From an uncultured Eubacteriales bacterium (lineage in GTDB: Bacteria; Bacillota; Clostridia; Oscillospirales; UBA644): 64,000 nt of DNA. The notes under the pieces are model-generated. The model was not told where the DNA came from, did not search any database, and saw only the letters and a list, made by a program, of their open reading frames with translations. Position 1 is the first letter of the stretch. Each line of letters opens with the position of its first letter. A program made the position numbers and the translations under genes. Location of the stretch: the NCBI GenBank assembly GCA_959604355.1, contig CAUHAO010000001.1, positions 779-64,778 on the forward strand, given 5' to 3'. Positions 44,861 to 52,768 of the stretch are shown here, piece after piece.

Positions 44861-46462
44861 ATGTATCCGGAAAGTATGAAAAAATCTCTTGCGGCTGTCG
44901 AGGCGGCACGAGAGGCGAATATAGCGTATGAGCCCGCGCGAATGACGGCTCAGCAGAAGGAAGATCTTCTTGCACAGTATCACCCCGACTACAAAAAAAG
45001 CGAATTCCGTACTCTTGAAATAGGGCCCAACAAAGGCGAAGCCGTACCGAAGGAGCTTTGTCAGATGCTTCAGGCCAACAGCCGTATCAGCGCGGCAGAT
45101 GTTGATCTTGATAATCCGAAATACGACGTTGACGTGCTCGTTATCGGCGGAGGCGGCGCGGGTTCTTCCGCGGCAATAGAGGCGGACAACGCCGGCGCAA
45201 ATGTAATGATAGTTACAAAACTCCGTATCGGTGACGCGAACACGATGATGGCGGAGGGCGGCATTCAGGCGGCGGATAAGCCCAACGACAGCCCCGCGAT
45301 ACACTTTCTTGACGCTTTCGGAGGCGGACACTTTGCGGCAAAGCGCGAATTGCTTTCCAAACTCGTATGTGACGCTCCCGAAGCAATACAATGGCTCAAT
45401 TCGCTGGGCGTGGAGTTCGATAAAGCTCCCGACGGCACGATGATAACCACCCACGGCGGCGGTACATCCCGCAAGCGTATGCACGCGGCAAAAGATTATT
45501 CCGGCGCGGAAATAATGCGTACATTGCGTGACGAAGTTCTCAACAGAGGTATCCCTGTCGTTGACTTTACGTCCGCGGTAGAGCTTATCCTTGACGAGAA
45601 CGGCAACGCTGCAGGCGCTGTGCTGATGAACATGGAAACAAAAGAGCTCATGGTCGCGCGTGCAAAGACCGTTATTATCGCGACCGGCGGTGCGGGACGT
45701 ATGCACTACCAGGGTTTCCCGACATCAAACCATTACGGTGCGACGGCGGACGGACTTGTGCTCGGCTACCGTGTAGGTGCAAAACTTCTTTACGCGGATA
45801 CTCTTCAGTATCATCCCACGGGCGCGGCATTCCCGCAGCAGATATTCGGTGCTCTTGTTACCGAAAAAGTGCGTTCGCTCGGTGCAAAACTGGTAAACAG
45901 AGACGGAAAGGTGTTCATGCATCCGCTCGAAACGCGTGACGTTGCGGCGGCGTCTATAATCCGTGAATGCTCGACTCGCGGAGAGGGCGTTGATACGGGT
46001 GACGGACTTGCGGTCTGGCTTGACACGCCGATGATCGAGAAAATCGGCGGCGAAGGCACGATAGAAAAACGTATTCCGGCCATGATGCGTATGTTTGCGC
46101 AGTACGGCATAGATATCCGCAAAGAGCCCATACTTGTTTATCCGACTCTGCACTATCAGAATGGCGGACTTGACATAAACGTTGACGGGGAAACGACGAA
46201 CGTTCGCAATCTCTATGTTGCGGGTGAGGCTGTCGGCGGAATCCACGGCAGAAACAGGCTTATGGGAAACTCCCTGCTCGATATAATCGTTTTCGGACGC
46301 AGTGCGGGCAAGAACGCCGCGGCAAGAGCAAAAGATGTTTCCGTCGGTGCGCTTACTCTTGACCATATAGCGAAATTTAAGGCGGAAATGGAAAAAGCGG
46401 GCATAAAGACAGACGCCGTGTCGCCGAAACTGCTGCCAGACTACACCCGTAAAAATAGATAA
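44861..46462 (+). CDS. Fumarate reductase/succinate dehydrogenase/L-aspartate oxidase-family flavoprotein (FrdA-like, soluble type)
   Basis: VLVIGGGGAGSSAAIEA (FAD), LQYHPTG, PLETRDVAA, TLHYQNGGL and GEAVGGIHGRNRLMGNSLLD are the catalytic blocks. Asn replaces the His used for covalent FAD (ANTMMAEGG versus SHTVAAEGG). There is an N-terminal extension of about 95 aa. Confidence 0.85.
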   Translation: MYPESMKKSLAAVEAAREANIAYEPARMTAQQKEDLLAQYHPDYKKSEFRTLEIGPNKGEAVPKELCQMLQANSRISAADVDLDNPKYDVDVLVIGGGGAGSSAAIEADNAGANVMIVTKLRIGDANTMMAEGGIQAADKPNDSPAIHFLDAFGGGHFAAKRELLSKLVCDAPEAIQWLNSLGVEFDKAPDGTMITTHGGGTSRKRMHAAKDYSGAEIMRTLRDEVLNRGIPVVDFTSAVELILDENGNAAGAVLMNMETKELMVARAKTVIIATGGAGRMHYQGFPTSNHYGATADGLVLGYRVGAKLLYADTLQYHPTGAAFPQQIFGALVTEKVRSLGAKLVNRDGKVFMHPLETRDVAAASIIRECSTRGEGVDTGDGLAVWLDTPMIEKIGGEGTIEKRIPAMMRMFAQYGIDIRKEPILVYPTLHYQNGGLDINVDGETTNVRNLYVAGEAVGGIHGRNRLMGNSLLDIIVFGRSAGKNAAARAKDVSVGALTLDHIAKFKAEMEKAGIKTDAVSPKLLPDYTRKNR

Positions 46463-46486
46463 TCATTCGGAAAGAAGAAAAAGAAA

Positions 46487-46840
46487 ATGACACTTGAAAC
46501 TTTAACAAATCTTTTTGAAGCACTCACTATATTCTGTTTCGGCTTGTCCTGGCCGATATCCATCCGCAAATCCTTGATTTCACGTACCGCAAAGGGCAAG
46601 AGCCTTTTCTTTGAGGTTTTCCTGCTTATAGGTTATGCTTTCGGTATAGCACGCAAAGTCATCCAGGTATCCTGCATGGGCCATGTTATTGAATTCACGA
46701 GCCTGGAAGGTTGGATATTTTTCCTGAGCTTCTTCTTCTATATTCTTAACTTTATCGAGATTTCCATCGACGTATGTCTCTACTTCCGCAACTCCAGACT
46801 TGACCGTGAGGCTCAAGAACGCAACCTCGCCAAAAACTAA
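46487..46840 (+). CDS. Small 3-TM membrane protein (PQ-loop/SemiSWEET-like motif, tentative)
   Basis: 117 aa with three hydrophobic helices. The first ends in ..GLSWPISIRKSLISRTAKGKSLFF, which resembles a PQ-loop. It starts 24 nt after the frdA-like stop. Confidence 0.45.
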   Translation: MTLETLTNLFEALTIFCFGLSWPISIRKSLISRTAKGKSLFFEVFLLIGYAFGIARKVIQVSCMGHVIEFTSLEGWIFFLSFFFYILNFIEISIDVCLYFRNSRLDREAQERNLAKN

Positions 46841-46921
46841 GTTGTCTCAGAGAGTCTTACGAAGGCCGAGGCTTCAGAAAACGCGGAAAAGAAACAATTC
46901 GTAACGAATGGAGAGAACACT

Positions 46922-47833
46922 ATGACCGATATTTCAAAAGAAGTTTTTGAAAAGTACCAGGTGCGGAAAACAGAGGCACAAAAGACAAAGTTCATAGATT
47001 TCATCCTCTCGAAATTCCCTGATGCAAAAGTAGAAAAGGGCGGCTTCCTTAACAGCAGAAATATCGTTGTCGGGGACGTCGATAATGCGAAAATCGTTCT
47101 CGGAGCGCACTATGACACGTGCTCGGTGCTTCCGATACCGAATTTCATCATGCCGAAAAATATAGCTCTTTCGCTGCTTTACGGTTTGTTAATCGCTATT
47201 CCCGTAATAATCATCGCGGGCGCGGCTACATTTGCGGTAAAAGCGCTGACGGATAGTATTCTTCTTGCGGAATTGACGTATTTTGCCGTGCTTATCGCGC
47301 TTTTTGCGATTTTGTTCGCGGGAAAGCCGAATAAACACACCGCAAACGACAATACGTCCGGCGTCATCACACTTCTTGAGATAATGGAGGCTATGAGTGA
47401 CGACGAAAAACAAAAAACGGCGTTCGTGTTTTTCGATAATGAGGAAAACGGGCTTTTCGGGTCTATGTTTTTTTCAAAGATTCATAAAGACGCGATGAAA
47501 GACAAGCTTCTGCTCAACTTCGACTGCGTGTCGGACGGCGACGAGATACTCATTATTCCGGGCAAAAAAATTCCCGAGACGCAGAAAGACTTGCTGTGTG
47601 CGGCATATCACGGCGCGGACGGCAAAAACGTCACCGTCGAAAAAAGTGCGGCTGGGATATATTATCCATCCGACCAGAGGAATTTTCCGTGCGGCATCGG
47701 TGTCGCGGCGTTCAAGAAGGGCAAATTCGGGCTTTATCTTGACCGAATACATACCGTGCGCGATACGGCGTTTGACGAACGCAATGTGGAGCTGCTGTGT
47801 GGCTGCACGGCAGAACTCGTAAAAAACATATAA
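46922..47833 (+). CDS. M28-family zinc peptidase with internal TM segments
   Basis: GAHYDT, NTSGV and FFDNEENGLFGS (metal ligands of the M28 aminopeptidase family). A hydrophobic insert spans about residues 80-135. Confidence 0.7.
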   Translation: MTDISKEVFEKYQVRKTEAQKTKFIDFILSKFPDAKVEKGGFLNSRNIVVGDVDNAKIVLGAHYDTCSVLPIPNFIMPKNIALSLLYGLLIAIPVIIIAGAATFAVKALTDSILLAELTYFAVLIALFAILFAGKPNKHTANDNTSGVITLLEIMEAMSDDEKQKTAFVFFDNEENGLFGSMFFSKIHKDAMKDKLLLNFDCVSDGDEILIIPGKKIPETQKDLLCAAYHGADGKNVTVEKSAAGIYYPSDQRNFPCGIGVAAFKKGKFGLYLDRIHTVRDTAFDERNVELLCGCTAELVKNI

Positions 47834-47840
47834 AGCAAAA

Positions 47841-47871
47841 CCCGTCGGCAAAAACCGACGGGTATATTTTT
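47841..47871 (+). terminator. Rho-independent terminator
   Basis: CCCGTCGG-CAAAAA-CCGACGGG followed by TATATTTTT. Confidence 0.8.
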
Positions 47872-47920
47872 AATTTTCGCGGAAAAAATAGGAGTAAATT
47901 TACATTCGGAGGCGAAGATT

Positions 47921-48142
47921 ATGGATAAAGGTATAGGCACAAAAACGGATAACGGTATAAAGATAACCCGCCGCGACCGCGTGTTTCGCGCGTGGGAAGA
48001 CTCTATGGAGCTCGTTCGGAATTACGAGATATGGGCAAAAGAGATCGACGATAAGGCGATTTCGGGTATATTCGCGAAATTCGCGGAGGATGAATGTATC
48101 CATGCGGCTAAATTTCTCGACTTACTGCATGAGATGGAATAA
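47921..48142 (+). CDS. Small ferritin/rubrerythrin-like two-helix protein (hypothetical)
   Basis: 73 aa with GGAGG RBS. ..NYEIWAKEIDDKAISGIFAKFAEDECIHAAKFLDLL carries one ExxH motif, like half of a di-iron four-helix bundle. Confidence 0.45.
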   Translation: MDKGIGTKTDNGIKITRRDRVFRAWEDSMELVRNYEIWAKEIDDKAISGIFAKFAEDECIHAAKFLDLLHEME

Positions 48143-48189
48143 AAAAAGGATGCGCAGAGCCGTACTTTGAAGGACAGTCGTCTTATGTA

Positions 48190-48225
48190 GGAAACGGTGC
48201 AGTCCGTGAGGACTGCACCGTTTCC
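48190..48225. terminator. Strong 16-bp hairpin between convergent genes (bidirectional terminator candidate)
   Basis: GGAAACGGTGCAGTCC-GTGA-GGACTGCACCGTTTCC, with a T-rich tail (CTTTGTTTC) on the plus strand. Confidence 0.65.
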
Positions 48226-48383
48226 CTTTGTTTCAGGCGGTTTTCAGAGGATTTTCCTGTTCGGCTTTTCTGACTGCTTGCGCGCCTTTTCAACCGCGGA
48301 GAGCAATTCTTTTTGCTCTTTTCCATAGTTGCATGTACCCTAAGCAACTGTGTCCTTGCGCATCTTTGGCCCAAGGAGGGGAT

Positions 48384-49250
48384 TTACTCTCTTGTAACGG
48401 TGACAATGTAGCTCCCCGTATTATCCGGAGAGATCACCGCATTTGAGTAGCTGTCCGGCAATATCAGAGTATCATCAGCTGCTGTTTTTTGCCGTGATAT
48501 TAAATAGTTGTCAACCTCGTACCAAACGCCATCCTCTAAGGAAAGTATGTATTCTTCTAATGTCAAATGGTTGTTATATATAATTTTTGCATGGGGCTCA
48601 CCGACATATCGAATATGCCAGGGTTCAAATCTCATGCCCGTTTCACTCTTGCCATAAGAGGGATATCTGATTATAAATCCATATTCCCAGCAGTTCGAAT
48701 TGACAAACTGTCCCGCAGCTGTTTTAATAAATCCTAAGCCGGCGTTATATTGCACATAAACATCAAGAGCGAGCCCTGTTTGGTGTTCGCTTGCACCCGG
48801 GATATTCGCGGTTAAAGGATCTTCATCATACAGTTCCTGCTGCTCCTCCTCGGTACGATAGGCACTGGACACAAACAATTTACTGCCGGTTTTTTCATTG
48901 ACCGCAAGAGTTAGTTTTTCAAACGCTTCGTGTAAACAGTCATTTATTTGCACGTCCGTATCTTTATATTGAGAGATGGACGGCACAAAGTCCTCTTGTA
49001 AGAGGTATTCTGTGTTTATGAGCATGGCACTTTGATCGAACTTAACCCGCTCATTTGCTTTAAGCTCGCTCAGCGTGAATCGGTTCATATTATCCGGAAC
49101 AACTGTATTCATTTCAACTCTATTGCAATTCACACCGATCTTTTCGCCTAAGATGTAGAGATAGTGCGGCTTAAAATGAAGTACAACTGCGCCTCCTATG
49201 ACTAAGGCAATAACACAGAAAAGCACTATCCGCTTTGCCTTCTTTTGCAT
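48384..49250 (-). CDS. vanY: VanY/M15B-family D-alanyl-D-alanine carboxypeptidase, N-terminally membrane anchored
   Basis: SAYRTEEEQ, GASEHQTGLALDV (HxxxxxxD zinc site) and FEPWHIRYVG (second His). N-terminal TM helix IVLFCVIALVIGGAVVL. Confidence 0.85.
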   Translation of the reverse strand: MQKKAKRIVLFCVIALVIGGAVVLHFKPHYLYILGEKIGVNCNRVEMNTVVPDNMNRFTLSELKANERVKFDQSAMLINTEYLLQEDFVPSISQYKDTDVQINDCLHEAFEKLTLAVNEKTGSKLFVSSAYRTEEEQQELYDEDPLTANIPGASEHQTGLALDVYVQYNAGLGFIKTAAGQFVNSNCWEYGFIIRYPSYGKSETGMRFEPWHIRYVGEPHAKIIYNNHLTLEEYILSLEDGVWYEVDNYLISRQKTAADDTLILPDSYSNAVISPDNTGSYIVTVTRE

Positions 49251-49261
49251 ATGTTATCCTT

Positions 49262-50056
49262 TCAATAATCGTTTGTAATATCACCGTTGCCGCTTACCGG
49301 AACAGGTTCTCCCATATATGTTGGTTTGGGTTTGAATATGGTTATTGCAAAATCCTTGCACCTCGCAAGTATTTCACGGCACTCCCGGAGGGTTTGTCCT
49401 GCGTATATATGATAGTCAGAGGCGACACCGTATGCTTCTATACCAAACTTTTCAGCGATATACAGAGCTCGGTACAGATGATATTTCTGCGTAACAATGA
49501 TAATCTTGTCCGCCTTAAATATCTCCTTGGCGCGGTAAATACTTTCATAGGTAGAAAAACCTGCGTGATCCATAAAGATGTCTTCAGAGGCAATCCCTGC
49601 ATCAACAGCATACTGTTTCATTGCGCCGACCTCGTTGTATTCTTTGCGTCCGTGGTCTCCGCTCATAAGGAGTTTCGGTGCAGCACCGACGTTATACACC
49701 TCGATGCCGCGTGTCAGCCTGTCCTTAAGCATATCGCTGGGTATGCCGTTATTCTTGACTTGACAGCCAAGGACGAGAATGCAATCCACATCTGTAAGTT
49801 TTGCGGCATCCTCAGACGTGATAATCCGATCCGAAGCAACACTTTTCACATATCCGCTTATCCCGAATACCGAGCCGATTCCCACTGCAAGAAGACAGAG
49901 AACGATGATAACAAACGATTTAATGCGCTTATTTTTCTTAATCTTTTTGTCACCTGTGAGACTTACAGTTTCCGTTTTGTTTTGCTTATCACAAGTGCAA
50001 GACCGACTGCTGTCGTAATCAGCCCCGTTATGATCGGAAAAACCCCTTTTTTCCAT
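49262..50056 (-). CDS. sanA: SanA/YdcF (DUF218) family protein
   Basis: An N-terminal TM helix is followed by ILVLGCQV...PSDMLKDRL..G...Y..GAAPKLLMSGDHG...YNEVGAMKQYA...FMDHAGFSTYES..RAKEIF...IIIVTQKYHLYRALYIA. Confidence 0.8.
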   Translation of the reverse strand: MEKRGFSDHNGADYDSSRSCTCDKQNKTETVSLTGDKKIKKNKRIKSFVIIVLCLLAVGIGSVFGISGYVKSVASDRIITSEDAAKLTDVDCILVLGCQVKNNGIPSDMLKDRLTRGIEVYNVGAAPKLLMSGDHGRKEYNEVGAMKQYAVDAGIASEDIFMDHAGFSTYESIYRAKEIFKADKIIIVTQKYHLYRALYIAEKFGIEAYGVASDYHIYAGQTLRECREILARCKDFAITIFKPKPTYMGEPVPVSGNGDITNDY

Positions 50057-50074
50057 TTGCAGTCTCCTTTTTCC

Positions 50075-52768
50075 TTATAAGTTCTCATTTTTCAGAGCAT
50101 CAATCGGGTTATCCTTCTTGATCTTGCTCATGGAGTACATCATAGTAACGAATACCACCAGGAACACACTCAGCACAGCAATGCCGATAGCTGTCCAAGG
50201 CAGATGGAATGTCGTTTCATAGCCTTCCATAATAGCAAGATAAATGAGGTAAGTGATACCGCAGGATACAGGCAGCCCGAGAAGCAGAGCCTTAGAGCCG
50301 TACAGCAGACACTCAAAGTTCATCATCTTATTGAAGCCCTTTGCCGTCATGCCAACCGATTTCAGCATTGCAAATTCTCTGCGGCGCAGACTGATATTGG
50401 TAGAGATAGTGTTGAATACATTGGCCGCGGCAATCAGAGAGATCAGCACGATGAAGCCGTAGGAGAACACCTGAATGATGGTTACTAAGTTTCTGTTAGA
50501 TTCTTCCATCTCAGCAATATTTTGTAAATCCTTTGCATTAAAACCGTTATCGCTCAGAATTGTTTGCACTGCGGTATAACTTTCTGCGTGGCTGCTGGAA
50601 GAAAGCATATAGTAATAGAGGTTATCTTCAGTATCAAAATCTTCAAAAATAACATCAGCAAAGCTTATAGGATAGATCAGTAACATTCTACTATAGAGGT
50701 TGCTAATAAAAAATGGTTTTTCTGTTATAACCTTGCCTATTTTGAGCGTCGTGGTTATATAAGCCTCCTCAATCGGCAGATCCAAGTATTTGTTATCTTC
50801 AGAATCGTCATTGCCGTCTTTAACATAGCGAACAATGCCGTCTTCCACCTCACCGCAGCACGAATATCCTTTAATTCTTCTTTCTGCCCGAGAGATGAGT
50901 TCGCTTTTGTCACCTCTAAGGAAGTTGATTGTTTCATATTTCTGTTTGTTGTTATTAAATCTTGTAATTCCGTCAACAACAACGGCAAGCGGGCTTTCCG
51001 GATTCATATACATTTGCTCGTTCAAATCATATTCTTTGAGCAAAGCTTTATATGTTTCATCATCAACAAAAGAAATATAGGCATACATATTTCGTACCGA
51101 AGTGCTATCGCTTTGCCCCCAATTTGTATCAAGAAAGGTGATTCCTTCATCTGTCAAATATTCATTCTTGATTTCTGCGTTAATAAACCGTTCCTGAGCA
51201 TAGGCTGCATCGGTTACTGACTTTGCTGACTTCATTCTGTTCAACAGCTCGTCAGGTGTAATATTATCAAATTCATCTCCGGAAATGCTGACGTTCAAAT
51301 CGTGTCCCACGGATCCGAACCCACCGCTAACAGACTCCATTAAATAATTCGTAAATGCGGAAGAAGATACAAACAGCACGATGCTCATAAACAAACTGAT
51401 TACTTTTGTTCTGTATTTCATCTTGCTGCGTTTGTAGTGCTTGCTGGCAAGCATTCCCGGCAAACCGAAAAGTTTGTAGGTCAGTTTAGATGTTTTAATA
51501 GGTTTTGTGTTTTTTACATCTATATTCTGCCGGATGGCTTCGACTGCAGATACCGTTGTCGCTCTTTTTGACGGTATCCAAGCAGAAATCAATACAGTAA
51601 TAATGGCAACTGCGACGGCGATAATGATTGATATAGGAGAAACGCTTAGTTTCATATCAATCGGAAATCCCATAGAACGGAATTTGTCACCGATAAACAT
51701 CAATGTCACGCCGATACCGCCTACACCTGCAAGTACGCCTAAAGGTATTCCGATAACACTCACTACTGATGCTTCGAACAGCACCATACGTCGGAGCTGT
51801 TTCTTCGTTGCTCCAACCGATGAGAGCAGTCCGAACTGCTTTGTTCTTTCAGAGACCGAAATAGAAAAGGCATTGTAGATCAGAGATACGGATCCAAAGA
51901 TGATCAAACCGATTACGATAGCGGAAAGGCTGTAAAGCATAGTCGAAAAGTTATCGTACCGTGATGTGCCTAAATACATTAATACTTCGGTATTTAGGTC
52001 TCCCGAAAAGCCCATTTTTTTCATAAAACCATAGATTTCTTTCGGATTGTCCATTCGGAAATACACATCGTACAGATAGTCTGCAGAAGGTTCTTTATCT
52101 GCAAGCGTGATTGCCGTGTATCCGGGGGCATCGAAGTCTTCAATTCGCCAATTCAAACGCTCATAAAAACCAACAACCGCATACGTGCGGATTTCACGGA
52201 CCTCAAGAGTTTCTCCGTTTAATATTTCATTACCGTTCTCATAAATATAGCAAGGATTATTTTGCCTCATTGGATACCCGTTAAGCATACGCTTACCGAG
52301 TTCCAATGTTATAGTGTCCCCAATATTGTATTTTACACCGCCGTTCGTATATAAATGCTCCGGCAGCAGGATCTCGTTTTCGGAAGTAGGATAATTGCCC
52401 GAAATAATATGAATTGGAAATACCGACTCAACATTCTTTCCTGCACCGAGCAGATAGATATACGGTTTAAACTCATTCTCACAGCCCTCTGCGACAGCAT
52501 ATCCGAGCTGTTGCAGGTAAACCGCGTCCTCGACATCTCCGCTCGTCCGAACATCTTCATATGTTTCGTATGCAGTATCCGTTTCTCTGCCGTGCCAGTT
52601 ACCGACGGAATATATAGCGGTTTCAAGAGCGTAATTCATAACGCTGCTTGCAAAAGTTGTTACCGCACAGATCATTGCCGCCGAGAGAATAATACCGATG
52701 ATAGTTACAATAGTCCTTGTTTTATTCTTTTTTAACGACTGAAGCGTTACTTTATTAAATACATTCAT
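50075..52768 (-). CDS. Large (897 aa) tandem FtsX/MacB-type ABC transporter permease
   Basis: Each of two FtsX-type 4-TM units is preceded by an extracytoplasmic domain of about 230-290 aa (judged from the hydrophobic segments). The ATG overlaps the ATPase stop by 4 nt. Confidence 0.85.
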   Translation of the reverse strand: MNVFNKVTLQSLKKNKTRTIVTIIGIILSAAMICAVTTFASSVMNYALETAIYSVGNWHGRETDTAYETYEDVRTSGDVEDAVYLQQLGYAVAEGCENEFKPYIYLLGAGKNVESVFPIHIISGNYPTSENEILLPEHLYTNGGVKYNIGDTITLELGKRMLNGYPMRQNNPCYIYENGNEILNGETLEVREIRTYAVVGFYERLNWRIEDFDAPGYTAITLADKEPSADYLYDVYFRMDNPKEIYGFMKKMGFSGDLNTEVLMYLGTSRYDNFSTMLYSLSAIVIGLIIFGSVSLIYNAFSISVSERTKQFGLLSSVGATKKQLRRMVLFEASVVSVIGIPLGVLAGVGGIGVTLMFIGDKFRSMGFPIDMKLSVSPISIIIAVAVAIITVLISAWIPSKRATTVSAVEAIRQNIDVKNTKPIKTSKLTYKLFGLPGMLASKHYKRSKMKYRTKVISLFMSIVLFVSSSAFTNYLMESVSGGFGSVGHDLNVSISGDEFDNITPDELLNRMKSAKSVTDAAYAQERFINAEIKNEYLTDEGITFLDTNWGQSDSTSVRNMYAYISFVDDETYKALLKEYDLNEQMYMNPESPLAVVVDGITRFNNNKQKYETINFLRGDKSELISRAERRIKGYSCCGEVEDGIVRYVKDGNDDSEDNKYLDLPIEEAYITTTLKIGKVITEKPFFISNLYSRMLLIYPISFADVIFEDFDTEDNLYYYMLSSSSHAESYTAVQTILSDNGFNAKDLQNIAEMEESNRNLVTIIQVFSYGFIVLISLIAAANVFNTISTNISLRRREFAMLKSVGMTAKGFNKMMNFECLLYGSKALLLGLPVSCGITYLIYLAIMEGYETTFHLPWTAIGIAVLSVFLVVFVTMMYSMSKIKKDNPIDALKNENL

